64,000 nt of DNA from Octopus vulgaris (lineage: Eukaryota), in contig OX597829.1 in NCBI GenBank assembly GCA_951406725.2, positions 29,884,001 to 29,948,000 of the forward strand. Reading direction: 5' to 3'. Below are positions 11,515-26,128 of this stretch, piece after piece. The position numbers and the translations under genes were made by a program. A model generated the notes under the pieces. That model saw only the letters and a list, made by a program, of their open reading frames with translations, was not told where the DNA came from and ran no database searches. Position 1 is the stretch's first letter; each line of letters starts with the position of its first letter.

Positions 11515-14500
11515 CTACCAACCACTCCTAACACCAACCACTGCTAATACCAACCACTCCTAACACCAATCACTCCTAACACCAACCACTGCTAATACCA
11601 ACCACTGCTAACACCAACCACTCCTAACACCAACCACTGCTAACACTAACCACTGCTAACACCAACCACTGCTAACACCAACCACTCCTAATGCCAACCA
11701 CCCCTAACACCAACCACTCCTAACATCAACCACTCCTAACACCAACCACTGCTAACACCAACCACTGCTAACACCAACCACTCCTAACACCAACCACTGC
11801 TAACACCAACCACTGCTAATACCAACCACTCCTAACACCAACCACTCCTAACACCAACCACTGCTAACACCAACCACTGCTAACACCAACCACTGCTAAC
11901 ACCAACCACTGCTAACACCAACCACTGCTAATACCAACCACTGCTAACACCAACCACTCCTAACACCAACCACTGCTAACACCAACCACTGCTAACACCA
12001 AACACTGCTAATATCAACCACTCCTAACACCAACCACTGCTAATACCAACCACTCCTAACACCAACCATTCCTAACACCAACCACTGCTAATACCAACCA
12101 CCCCTAACACCAACCACTCCTAACATCAACCACTGCTAACACCAACCACTGCTAACACCAACCACTGCTAACACCAACCACTGCTAACACCAACCACTGC
12201 TAACACCAACCACTGCTAATACCAACCACTCCTAACACCAACCACTGCTAACACCAACCACTGCTAACACCAACCACTCCTAACACCAGCCACTCCTAAC
12301 ACCAACCACTGCTAATACCAACCACCCCTAACACCAACCACTCCTAACATCAACCACTGCTAACACCAACCACTGCTAACACCAACCACTGCTAACACCA
12401 ACCACTGCTAACACCAACCACTGCTAACACCAACCACTGCTAACACCAACCACTCCTAATGCCAACCACTGCTAACACCAACCACTCCTAACACCAACCA
12501 CTCCTAACACCAACCACTGCTAATACCAACCACTTCTAACACCACCCACTCCTAACACCAACCACTGCTAATACCAACCACTCCTAACACCAACCACTCC
12601 TAACACCAACCACTGCTAACACTAACCACTGCTAACACCAACCACTGCTAACACCAACCACTGCTAACACCAACCACTGTTAACACCAACCACTGCTAAC
12701 ACCAACCACTCCTAACACCAACCACTGCTGACACCAACCACTGCTAATACCAACCACTCCTAACACCAACCACTCCTAACATCAATTACTCCTAGTGCCA
12801 ACCACACCTAACACCAACCACTCCTAACATCAACCACTCCTAACACCAACCACTGCTAACACCAACCACTGCTAACACCATCCACTGCTAACACCAACCA
12901 CTGCTAACACCAACCACTGCTAATACCAACCACTCCTAACACCAACCACTCCTAACACCAACCACTCCTAGAGCCAACCACTCCTAACACCAACCACTCC
13001 TAACATCAACCACTCCTAACACCAACCACTGCTAACACCAACCACTGCTAACACCAACCACTCCTAACACCAGCCACTCCTAACACCAACCACTGCTAAT
13101 ACCAACCACTCCTAACATCAATTACTCCTAGTGCCAACCACCCCTAACACCAACCACTCCTAACATCAACCACTCCTATCACCAACCACTGCTAACATCA
13201 ACCACTCCTAACACCAACCACTGCTAACACCAACCACTGCTAACACCAACCACTGCTAACACCAACCACTCCTAACACCAACCACTGCTAATACCAACCA
13301 CTCCTAACACCAACCACTCCTAACATCAATTACTCCTAGTGCCAACCACCCCTAACACCAACCACTCCTAACATCAACCACTCCTAACACCAACCACTGC
13401 TAACACCAACCACTGCTAACACCAACCACTGCTAACACCAACCACTGCTAACACCAACCACTCCTAATGCCAACCACTCCTAACACCAACCACTCCTAAC
13501 ACCAACCACTGCTAATACCAACCACTGCTAACACCAACCACTCCTAACACCAACCACTGCTAATACCAACCACTCCTAACACCAACCACTCCTAACAACA
13601 ACCACTGCTAACACCAACCACTGCTAACACCAACCACTCCTAACACCAACCACTGCTAATACCAACCACTCCTAACATCAATTACTCCTAGTGCCAACCA
13701 CCCCTAACACCAACCATTCCTAACATCAACCACTCCTATCACCAACCACTGCTAACATCAACCACTCCTAACACCAACCACTGCTAACACCAGCCACTCC
13801 TAACACCAACCACTGCTAATACCAACCACTCCTAACACCAACCACTCCTAACATCAATTACTCCTAGTGCCAACCACCCCTAACACCAACCACTCCTAAC
13901 ACCAACCACTCCTAACACCAACCACTGCTAACACCAACCACTGCTAACACCAACCACTGCTAACACCAACCACTGCTAACACCAACCACTGCTAATACCA
14001 ACCACTCCTAACACCAACCACTCCTAACACCAACCACTGCTAACACTAACCACTGCTAACACCAACCACTCCTAACACCAACCACTGCTAACACCAACCA
14101 CTCCTAACACCAACCACTCCACCAACCACTCCTAACACCAACCACTCCTAACATCAACGACTCCTACACTCCTAGTGCCAACCACCCCTAACACCAAACC
14201 ACTCCTAACATCAACCACTCCTAACAGCAACCACTGCTAACACCAACCACTGCTAACACCAACCACTCCTAACATCAATTACTCCTAGTGCCAACCACTG
14301 CTAACACCAACCACTCCTAACACCAACCACTCCTAACAGCAACCACTCCTAACACCAACCACTGCTAACACCAACCACTCCTAACACCAACCACTCCTAA
14401 CATCAATTACTCCTAGTGCCAACCACACCTAACACCAACCACTCCTAACACCAACCACTGCTAACAACCACTCCTAACCAACCACCCCTAACACCAACCA

Positions 14501-17500
14501 CTGCTAACACCAACCACTGCTAACACCAACCACTGCTAACACCAACCACTGCTAACACCAACCACTCCTAACATCAATTACTCCTAGTGCCAACCACTGC
14601 TAACACCAACCACTCCTAACATCAACCACTCCTAACACCAACCACTGCTACACCAACCACTGCTAACACCAACCACTCAACACACCAACCACTCCTAACA
14701 CCAACCACTGCTAACACCAACCACTCCTAACACCAACCACTGCTAATACCAACCACTCCTAACATCAATTCACTCCTAACACCAACCACTGCTAATACCA
14801 ACCACTCCTAACACCAACCACTCCTAACACCAACCACTGCTAACACCAACCACTGCTAACACCAACCACTCCTAACACCAACCACTCCTAACACCAACCA
14901 CTGCTAACACCAACCACTGCTAACACCAACCACTGCTAACACCAACCACTCCTAACACCAACCACTGCTAATACCAACCACTCCTAACACCAACCACTCC
15001 TAACATCAATTACTCCTAACACCAACCACTGCTAACACCAACCACTCCTAACACCAACCACTCCTAACACCAACCACTGCTAACACCAACCACTGCTAAC
15101 ACCAACCACTCCTAACACCAACCACTGCTAACACCAACCACTGCTAACACCAACCACTCCTAACATCAACCACTCCTAACACCAACCACTGCTAACACCA
15201 ACCACTCCTAACACCAACCACTGCTAATACCAACCACTCCTAACACCAACCACTGCTAATACCAACCACTCCTAACACCAACCACTCCTAACACCAACCA
15301 CTGCTAATACCAACCACTCCTAACACCAACCACTGCTAACACCAACCACTGCTAACACCAACCACTGCTAACACCCAACCACTCCTAACACCAACCACTG
15401 CTAACACCAACCACTGCTAACACCAACCACTGCTAACACCAACCACTCCTAACACCAACCACTCCTAACACCAACCACTCCTAACACCAACCACTGCTAA
15501 CACCAACCACTGCTAACACCATCCACTGCTAACACCAACCACTGCTAACACCAACCACTGCTAACACCAACCACTCCTAACACCAACCACTGCTAACATC
15601 AATTACTCCTAGTGCCAACCACCCCTAACAGCAACCACTCCTAACATCAACCACTCCTAACACCAACCACTGCTAACACCAACCACTGCTAACACCAACC
15701 ACTCCTAACACCAACCACTCCTAACACCAACCACTCCTAATTCCAACCACTCCTAACACCAACCACTCCTAACACCAACCACTCCTAACACCAACCACTG
15801 CTAATACCAACCACTCCTAACACCAACCACTCCTAACACCAACCACTGCTAATACCAACCACTGCTAACACCAACCACTCCTAACACCAACCACTGCTAA
15901 CACTAACCACTGCTAACACCAAACACTGCTAATATCAACCACTGCTAACACCAACCACTGCTAACACCAACCACTCCTAACACCAACCACTGCTAACACC
16001 AACCACTCCTAACACCAACCACTCCTAACACCAACCACTGCTAATACCAACCACTTCTAACACCACCCACTCCTAACACCAACCACTCCTAATACCAACC
16101 ACTCCTAACACCAACCACTCCTAACACCAACCACTCCTAACACCAACCACTGCTAACACCAACCACTCCTAACACCAACCACTGCTAACACCAACCACTC
16201 CTAACACCAACCACTGCTAACACCAACCACTCCTAACACCAACCACTCCTAACACCAACCACTCCTAACATCAACCACTGCTAATACCAACCACACCTAA
16301 CACCAACCACTCCTAACATCAACCACTCCTAACACCAACCACTGCTAACACCAACCACTCCTAACACCAACCACTGCTAACACCAACCACTGCTAATACC
16401 AACCACTCCTAACACCAACCACTCCTAACATCAATTACTCCTAGTGCCAACCACCCCTAACACCAACCACTCCTAACACCAACCACTCCTAACACCAACC
16501 ACTGCTAACACCAACCACTGCTAACACCAACCACTGCTAACACCAACCACTCCTAATGCCAACCACTCCTAACACCAACCACTCCTAACACCAACCACTG
16601 CTAACATCAACCACTCCTAACACCAACCACTGCTAATACCAACCACTCCTAACACCAACCACTCCTAACACCAACCACTGCTAACACTAACCACTGCTAA
16701 CACCAACCACTCCTAACACCAACCACACCACTGCTAACACCAACCACTGCTAACAACAACCACTGCTAACACCAACCACTCCTAACACCAGCCACTCCTA
16801 ACACCAACCACTGCTAATACCAACCACTCCTAACAACAACCACTCCTAACATCAATTACTCCTAGTGCCAACCACCCCTAACACCAACCACTCCTAACAT
16901 CAACCACTGCTAACACCAACCACTGCTAATGCCAACCACTGCTAACACCAACCACTGCTAACACCAACCACTGCTAACACCAACCACTGCTAATACCAGC
17001 CACTCCTAACACCAACCACTGCTAATACCAACCACTCCTAACACCAACCACTCCTAACACCAACTGCTAACACCAACCACTGCTAACACCAACCACTCCT
17101 AACATCAATTACTCCTAGTGCCAACCACCCCTAACAGCAACCACTCCTAACATCAACCACTCCTAACACCAACCACTGCTAACACCAACCACTGCTAACA
17201 CCAACCACTCCTAACACCAGCCACTCCTAACACCAACCACTGCTAATACCAACCACTCCTAACACCAACCACTCCTAACATCAATTACTCCTAGTGCCAA
17301 CCACCCCTAACACCAACCACTCCTAACATCAACCACTCCTAACACCAACCACTGCTAACACCAACCACTGCTAACACCAACCACTGCTAACACCAACCAC
17401 TGCTAACACCAACCACTGCTAATACCAGCCACTCCTAACACCAACCACTGCTAATACCAACCACTCCTAACACCAACCACTCCTAACATCAATTACTCCT

Positions 17501-18603
17501 AGTGCCAACCACCCCTAACACCAACCACTCCTAACATCAACCACTCCTAACAGCAACCACTGCTAACACCAACCACTGCTAACACCAACCACTCCTAACA
17601 CCAGCCACTCCTAACACCAACCACTGCTAATACCAACCACTCCTAACACCAACCACTCCTAACATCAATTACTCCTAGTGCCAACCACCCCTAACACCAA
17701 CCACTCCTAACATCAACCACTCCTAGCACCAACCACTGCTAACATCAACCACTCTTAACACCAACCACTGCTAACACCAACCACTGCTAACACCAACCAC
17801 TGCTAACACCAGTCACTCCTAACACCAACCACTGCTAATACCAACCACTCCTAACACCAACCACTCCTAACATCAATTACTCCTAGTGCCAACCACCCCT
17901 AACACCAACCAATCCTAACATCAACCACTCCTAACACCAACCACTGCTAATACCAACCACTGCTAACACCAACCACTGCTAACACCAACCACTGCTAACA
18001 CCAACCACTGCTAACACCAACCACTCCTAACACCAACCACTGCTAATACCAACCACTGCTAACACCACCCACTCCTAACACCAACCACTCCTAACACCAA
18101 CCACTCCTAACACCAACCACTCCTAACACCAACCACTCCTAACACCAACCACTGCTAACACCAACCACTGCTAACACCAACCACTGCTAACACCAACCAC
18201 TCCTAACACCAGCCACTCCTAACACCAACCACTGCTAATACCAACCACTCCTAACACCAACCACTCCTAACATCAATTACTCCTAGTGCCAACCACCCCT
18301 AACACCAACCACTCCTAACACCAACCACTCCTAACATCAACCACTCCTAACACCAACCACTGCTAACACCAACCACTGCTAACACCAACCACTCCTAATG
18401 CCAACCACTCCTAACACCAACCACTCCTAACACCAACCACTGCTAATACCAACCACTCCTAACACCACCCACTCCTAACACCAACCACTGCTAATACCAA
18501 CCACTCCTAACACCAACCACTCCTAACACCAACCACTCCTAACACCAACCACTGCTAACACCAACCACTCCTAACACCAACCACTCCTAACACCAACCAC
18601 TCC
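11515..18603. repeat. 16-bp minisatellite array, unit CTAACACCAACCACT(C/G), ~440 copies
   Basis: Seen directly: two major variants (..ACTCCTAA / ..ACTGCTAA) plus a recurring CATCAATTACTCCTAGTGCC variant. Confidence 0.98.
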
Positions 18604-19463
18604 ACGAGTGTAATGGGTGCTTTTACATGCCAGTTGTGTGGCATCAATATCTGTCACAACTACAATGTCAATTGGCTTGATGAGTCTTCTTCACAAAGCC
18701 CTGCATATTACGAAATGTGAGGCCCAATGCTTGAAAGGTGCTTTTTATGTGAGACCAACATCAGCCATATTGCTTCTGTGAACCCCAACACTTCAATAGT
18801 GCTTTTTACATTCCACTGGTATGGGTACCAGTTACGTGACTCAGACAACAGCCATCACTATGATTTCACTTGCTTGCCAAAGGTCTCAGTCACTAGTCAT
18901 TGCCTCTGTGAGGCCCAATGTTTGAAGATCACACTTCACCACTTCGTCCCATGTATTCTGTGATCTCCCTCTACCACAGCTTTCCTCCACTGTTTGAGAT
19001 CAGCACTTCTTCAAACAGCTGTCCACATTCATCTGGATCACATGACCATACCAATGCAGTTGTCTCTCTTGCACACCACATCTGATGTCGCTTATGCTCA
19101 ACTTTTCTCTCGAGATGCTTACACTCTGTTGAACATACACATGGACATTGCACATCCAGCAAAGCACATTAGATTAATTTCTTTCAAGCCTATATCTTCA
19201 GCACTCACAGCCCATGTTTCATTGCCATGTAGCCTGGCTGTTCATACACAGGTATCATACAACCTACCTTTCATTCTGAGAGAGAGACCCTTTGTTACCA
19301 ACAGAAGTAGGAGCTCTCTGAACTTTGCCCTGCCTATGCTCATTCTCACAGCTATGCTCTTGGAGCATCCACCCCTGCTACTTACATATCCCTTAGATAA
19401 TGGAAGCTATCTGCTACTTCTAGTTTTTTCCCCTGGCATTGGAGAGAATCTATTTTCTGTACA

Positions 19464-19975
19464 TAGAAATATTATTATTTCTAAGTCTCTCTAAAGGAGA
19501 TTACGGCAGTGATACTGGATATTAACAGTTATCGTGAAGCTAATATGGCTGTCCATAAATATAGGACTAAAGCTGCCGTTGATTAGCTCCAAGAGGCCAT
19601 CGCCTCTAGTTAGCTATATGACACACGAACCTGTGTCCATTATAACCTTCGAACAGGGGAGGTCAGTTGCTTCCCCTTTCTGGTCAGGCATCTGCAGACA
19701 TGTTTCAGGGTATTTGCCCTTTATCAATGCAGAGTAACCAAACCCAGCAGGCGTCGCTCTGGGTATCAGGGTATCAGGCAAATACCCTGAAACCATGTCT
19801 GCAGATGCTTACCAGCAAGGGGAAGCGGCTGAGCTCCCCTGTTCGAAGGTTATAATGGACACAGGTTCATGTGTCATATAGCTAGCTAGAGGCGATAGCC
19901 TCTTGGAGCTAATCAACAGCAGTTTTAGTCCTATATTTAGGGACTGCCATATTAGCTTGGCAATAACTGTTAATA
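19464..19975. mobile_element. Foldback element (~200-bp inverted arms, ~57-bp loop) inserted in the RTE ORF
   Basis: atattaacagttat...cagggtatttgcc (~19520-19718) mirrors ggcaaataccctg...ataactgttaatat (~19777-19976). Mirror ORFs 19534+ and 19809-. The RTE sequence resumes at ttttcagtg, compared with the uninterrupted copy at 60541. Confidence 0.85.
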
Positions 19976-21039
19976 TTTTCAGTGTTAATTGTACTTGTGC
20001 ACTTTCCATACACAAAAACTATTTTCCCTATTAGCTTTCCTCTGATATTGCTGCACCTCTTATGTGTCCACAACTTACACTAGGTACATCTTATGGAGTT
20101 TCTTCCTTAGCCTTTACTACAGATTGAGTAGGGTCATCTACCTCCTAAAGAGATTTGTGATTTGTCTGCTCTCTTACTTATTAAGACTATGGTTCTTGCT
20201 AGATTAACTCTAAGGATCTTTGATTCTAGACCTTGCTTCCACACCAGAAATTTCTTCTCTAGTTCCAGTAGTGATTCAGCCATAAGAGCAAGGTCATCAG
20301 CATCGAGGAGCTCCCAGGTGCAGCTTGTCTTAAATTCCTCTGTTATTGCCTGAAGGACTATGATGAACAAGAGGGGGCTGTGGACTGAGCTTTGGTGGAC
20401 CCCTACTTATACCCTGAATTCATAGCTATATTCATTGCTAATCTTCACCTTACTGAAAGCACCTCTGTACATGGTTTGTACAGCTCTCACTAGCCACTCA
20501 TCTATCCCTAGCTTCTGCATTGACCACCAGATAAGGGAACTGGAGACTGTTGAATGCTTTCTCCTTGTCAACAAAAGCTAGGTAGAGGGGTTTATTTTTG
20601 GCTAGATTTTCCTCCTGCAGTTGCCTAACTGGGAATATAGCATCAGCTGTGCTCCTGCCTGGCACAAATTTTAACTGCATCTCATCTGACCCTTTCTGTA
20701 ACTTTCATCATCTGGTCCTGCAATTTGATTTCTCTGTAATTATTTCTGTCTATGTTATGGGAGATGTTATTGTTATTCAGCACCTGAAAAAAAGTTTCAA
20801 TGAGCATTTGATAACAGACATGTCATAATGGTTTAGTCTGGCTTTAATCAAGCATCATTCAATCATGTTAAAAGTTGTTACTCCTATTGGCAGTGAGTGT
20901 AGTACAAGCATTGTCAATATAAGCATTTTTACCGCACACATAAATAAATTGGTTGAAGTTTAATTTGAGAGAGTCTTTTGGTACAGAGGAGAGGATTCCC
21001 ATACTGGTGTTGGTCAGTGGGTGAAGCCTTGAATGGAAT

Positions 21040-21330
21040 CACCAGTATAAGAGAAGAGGAGGGATTTCTGGTACAAGGGAGGAGATTTTGGGTATAAGAG
21101 AGGAGACTTCTGGTATAAGAGAGAAGATCACTGGTATAAGAGAGGCGATTTCTGGTAAGAGAGGAAATTTCAAGTATAAGAGAGGAGTTTACCAATATAA
21201 GAAAGGAAATCGTCAGTATAAGAGAGGAGATTTCTGGTATAAGAGAGATTTGTGGTATAAGAGAGATTTGAGGTATAAGAGAGATTTCCAGTACAAGAGA
21301 AATTTCTAGTATAAGAGAGTTTTCCAGTAG
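21040..21330. repeat. Degenerate ~18-22-bp minisatellite (ggtataagagaggagatttct)
   Basis: About 13 copies of the tataagaga core. Confidence 0.85.
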
Positions 21331-23857
21331 AGATGGTAGGGGCAGGTTTAGGTGGATGCATTACAAATAGGTCAAATGCTGCTGGACATATGCACAGGGT
21401 ATTAATAACAGCAGCAACCTCAACAAGCAGTGTGAAATTTAGGCGTCATATGACCAAAGATGGGTTTAAATAGGTCTCCAGGCAGAAGTCGACGAGCAAA
21501 AAAGGTCAACTTCATTGCCGGATACAGTAGCTAAGACTGATAGAAAGAAGAAGATCAACCAGTGGAGAGTATTCAATCACAAAATAGGGAAAATAAGAAA
21601 GGCAAGGGAGTAACTTGACAGCTGGAAAATAGCAGCCAGGACAGATAGAGGAAGGACAGAGAGAGTAAGAGAGAGAGAGAGAGAGAGAGAGAGAAGGAAA
21701 AACTTGACTATGCTACAAGAGGAAATATTGTAAAATTAAAGTAAGTAGTATAAAAGTTAGGATATTGTAAAATTAAAGTAAACGATATGAGAGTTATTTT
21801 AAATCAGGTTACTATCAGGTTAGTATTATTAGATGAATGATGTGATTAAGACAAAAGAGATTTTCTTAACTTAGCTGGACATGTGCGTGGGGTAATAATA
21901 GCAGCAGCAACCTCAACAAGTGGTATATATATGATGGGCTTCTTTCAGTTTTCGTCTACCAAATCCACTCTCAAGACTTTGGTCAGCCCAAGGCTAAAGT
22001 AGAAGATTCTTGTCCAAGGTACCATGCTTTGGGACTGAACACAGAACCATGTGGTTGGGGAGCAAACTTCTTACCACACAGTCACACCTGCACCTAAATG
22101 GGAAAATTTTTAGATAATTAATGAAGCATTCAATGAAGATATTCAATGAAATGACTAGTAAAAAGCAAATCAGCAATATCATCGTCATTTAATGTCCACT
22201 CTACCAAGCTTGCCTGAGTCAGGAGGAATTTGTTGAGGCAGATTTTCTATGGTTGGGTACCTGTTGCCAACACTCACCTGTTTTCACATCATCCTCATCA
22301 TCATCATCATCATCATCATTTATGGTCAATTTTCCATGCCGGAATGGGTTAGATGGTTTGACTGGAGCTGGTAAACCAGAAAGCTTCCCCAGACTCCAGT
22401 CTGTTTTGACTAGATTTCTATGGTTGGATGCCCTTCCTAATGCCAACAACTCCATAAAGTGTATTGGGTGTCTTTTACATATCTCTGACACAGGTGTATT
22501 TTATGTGTCACTGTCATGAGTGCCTTTTATGTCACTGGCACTGGTGCCTTTTATGTGTCACTGGCAAGAGAGGTAATATTTTCCCATGTAGCCTTTATTC
22601 TTAATAACGGCTGAACAACACCTCAGCATTGAATTCGCTAAGTGATTATAAAATTCTATGGGAATGTTTTGCCATATTTCATTGATATAATCGAATAATT
22701 GTTTTAGATTAGATGGTTTTTTAGCATGAACTTAAACTAATTTTGCCAGTAAATTGGACATGTTTATATTAATTTAGCATTAGAATTCTTCAAGTTGTAC
22801 AAAAATAGTTATTGTCTGCATCATTTGAAAGAGAAATAAATTCTGCATAAGATGTAAAAGATATAAATAATTTGTATGGTGTTAGTAACAAAATATTTTG
22901 TAAGAAATAGAACTTTTATCATCAGTCTTAAATTTATTTTCGCCAGTGTAGCAGCTGTTTGCACACAGTCAACAGATATTTACAACTTATTTTCTATAAG
23001 GAAGCTATGACTACTTAATATTCAGGGTTCTACTTAATATTCAGTGCTGATTATAGCTCAGTTCAGATATGAACTGAGCACCTTGGGTAAGTGTCTTCTG
23101 CTATAACTGTGATCTGACTAAAGTAAGTTGACTTGCTTGATGGAAACTGAAAGAAGCCCACTGTGTGTGTGTATGTGTGTGTGTATAATGCTTGTCTGTG
23201 AGTGTCTGTTCCCCACACCCAACTGCATCTTGTCTGCCCCCACCCCGTCAACCATTTCTCTCCTCATTTCATCCCCTTATACTCTTCACTTCTCTATCAC
23301 CTGAAAACAGATTAGGCAACTACTACATCCCCCTGCTTTCTTAGTTACCTTCATTTCCCCACCTCGAACCACCTTCATTCCATTGTCAACCACCTCCTTT
23401 CTGTGCCTTCTCTCTCCTGTGTTCTTAACACCTCACTTATCTGCTATCACTCTCAATGCCCTCGTATATCTGTTGACTTACTTGGAAACAGGTGAGGATT
23501 GGTAGCAAGAAGGGTATCCAGACAAAAAAATCTGTCTCCACAAAGTAAACATTAAAACAATGATGATGATGTTGGAGGTGATTATGATGATGATGATAAT
23601 GATGGTGATGAAAATGACGATGATGAAAATTATGATGATGATGATGATGATGATAATAGCTATAATTCTCTTCACTGATTACGTAATGTCATTTTAATCC
23701 TAACAAACATATTTTTTTAATATTTAAGATATAGGTATAGTAATTGACTTCCCCCTTTGATGTCAACACACACAAGACTACTCTTGTTTACAATACCAGT
23801 TTCCTGTTTAAAGTGATCCAAATTCCATGTTAATTCATGTTCCAAATACCAGTTTAA

Positions 23858-24079
23858 CCCTTTAGCATTTAAACTGGCCATATCAGGCCCAAATATCATA
23901 CATATTTTATGGTCGAATTGGCCATATCCAGCCTTTTACACCTACCCTACAATGTCATTCAAAAACTAAACAATCACATCATTGAAATCTCAAGGCTATG
24001 AGATAGTGCATGATTAATTCAAAACAATTTGAATAAATAAGTGTTAGTTACATTTGAGTGTAATCTGAATGCTAAATGG
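23858..24079. mobile_element. piggyBac-like MITE (TTAA flanks)
   Basis: TTAA|CCCTTTAGCATT ... AATGCTAAATGG|TTAA. A second diverged copy lies at ~62339-62554. Confidence 0.75.
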
Positions 24080-24789
24080 TTAATATTGACGAAGTTAATT
24101 TCTTAAATGTTTCATAATTTTCAATAGTTAATCGAAACAAAGTCAGTTTTATTTCAAGAGAAATATGGTAACAAAAGCATTTAAGTGATCTAAACTAAAA
24201 TGTTTCATCAAAATTCCATGTTAATTTATTTTCTAAATACCAACTTTATAATGACAAAGTTATTTTACAAAATCATTCATTACTTCCAAAATTAATTGAA
24301 ACAAAGGTGGCATATTTGAAACAAAGAATTGGAAACAAAAGATTAAGTATAATATTTCAACAACAAAAAAATCAAGACATTTTAAACATCCACTGCCACT
24401 TATAGTATCCCCTTCACATTTTGCTGCTCCCTTGTAAACTGATAATGCTATAAAGGGGCCTCTAGTACCCAGGTTAAGAACCACAGATATACTGATTGAG
24501 AGACAAAAAAATAGACAAATAATAGTGGGATATAACTTTATGTTATGACTAGTATATATTGCAGTCATTCACACACAACTTTACACAAACACACACACTC
24601 TCTCTCTCTCTCTTTTTCTCTTGTGTCATTTGTTGATTGTTCAGTAATATGAAGAACTCTGATTAATAATGTTGTAAAACTATAGGCTCATTTTTCCTTT
24701 CCTCTCTCTCTCTTTCCAGATACACACACACACCTACACACACAGGTAATAGACAACCTCAGTTACCTTGGTAACCTAATTAGCTGTTC

Positions 24790-25310
24790 TGAAAGTATAG
24801 TAGCCAGTGTAAGAACAGGTTGAGAAAGTTCGGAGAGTGTTTACTTCTCTTATAACATAAGTTTCTCTCACAGAATAAGAGGAAGTCTGCGATGCTTGTG
24901 GATAGATTACAATACTACATGGTAGTGTGATGGGGACACTGATTGCAGAGGTGTAGAAGACTATCAAAGACTGGAAAGAGATAAAGCAAAAATGCTCTGC
25001 TGGATGTGCAATGTCAATGTATATGAACAATAAAGTACAAATATTTTGAAAGAAAACTGGGCAGAAGAGGAATCAGATACACTATCAAAGAGAAGACTAA
25101 ACTAGTAAGGGTATGTAATGCATATGGATGAAGATGGCTGTATAAAGGAATGCTATTCACTACAGTGAATGGAACCTGCAGAAAAGGAAAACCCAGGAAG
25201 ACATTGGACAAAGTAGTGAAGGTCGATCTCAAACTGGTGGGCTTCATGGAGGAGATGAAAAAATATTGAGTTTAATTTGTAATAGGCAGTACTCATAGAA
25301 ACTTGCCCAT
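24790..25310 (+). mobile_element. Old RTE LINE ORF C-terminal remnant
   Basis: Degenerate LHGS, ERDKAKMLCWMC and RKGKPRKT motifs homologous to the copy at 59640-61020. Confidence 0.6.
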
Positions 25311-26128
25311 CAAGGAGACAGTGAAGCTCTGGAAGCATAATGCAAGTACCTTTAATATGTTCATCTCAAGCTTTACTCACCCACTCATCCCTTCATCATT
25401 CTTCTAAGTATTGCATTAATCTGCTGCTGTGATTAAATGAAAGCAGAATTAGATTTTTCATCATTCCTTTTTAGTACTGTTAGTTATATTTCGATTCTTT
25501 CCTGAACCACTTCCTTTTGACATCCTTCCCTCATTCTTAACATCATCTCTCCCACTCCACTCATATTTTCCACAGACTACTCTTTCTGTGCTGACAGTCA
25601 TCACTTTCTCTCCCTTCAGTTACTTTCTATTGACACCCATACCTTATTCTTAACACCAATTCTTATCTACTATCAACCACACCCTATTTTTGTTTATCAC
25701 TCATTACATTCACACCAGTGTACCCCTAATTACCTCCACTTTCTGTCTCCCCTTCACACTCTTACAGCGATCATCCACCCACACTTTCTAATCTTTTCCT
25801 ACACTCTCTTCTCTTTACTCTTTTAAACATTGAGTGTTCACTCTGGCCCCTTGTTATTATTACCTTCTTTATCTGTCTTTCCTGCTCCATTCTAATCACT
25901 CTCATATACGCTTTTATTTAATGTGGATTAGCCACATATCTCCTCTTCACCAACAAACCTGTTCCTGTCCCTTCTATCAACATCAAGCATAAAACCACCG
26001 CCTTCTCTACTATACTTCCAGTCTGTCAAGGGGCATCTTTAGTCATGCAATTTACATGTTTACCTCACTAGTAGCACTTGTGCTACAAAAGAAAAGCACC
26101 ATGTACACTCTGTAAATGGGTTGGCATT

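Larger units (their letters stand above)
11410..20750 (-). mobile_element. Decayed RTE-clade LINE, interrupted by a 7.1-kb satellite in its 3' UTR and a foldback element in its ORF
   Basis: Minus-strand motifs in order: DRNNYR (~20750), PGRSTADAIF, LYLAFVDKEKAF, WELLDADDLAL, then QLHWYGHV...RGR...TWDEVV (~19070-18935). The 3' UTR and (GAT)n tail reach ~11412. Confidence 0.82.

Noticed and set aside
11515-18603. CRISPR array, true telomere or mucin-like coding repeat
   Set aside because: There are no unique spacers or cas genes. The unit is not TTAGGG and is internal with LINE flanks. The 16-bp period cycles TAA/TAG stops through all frames.
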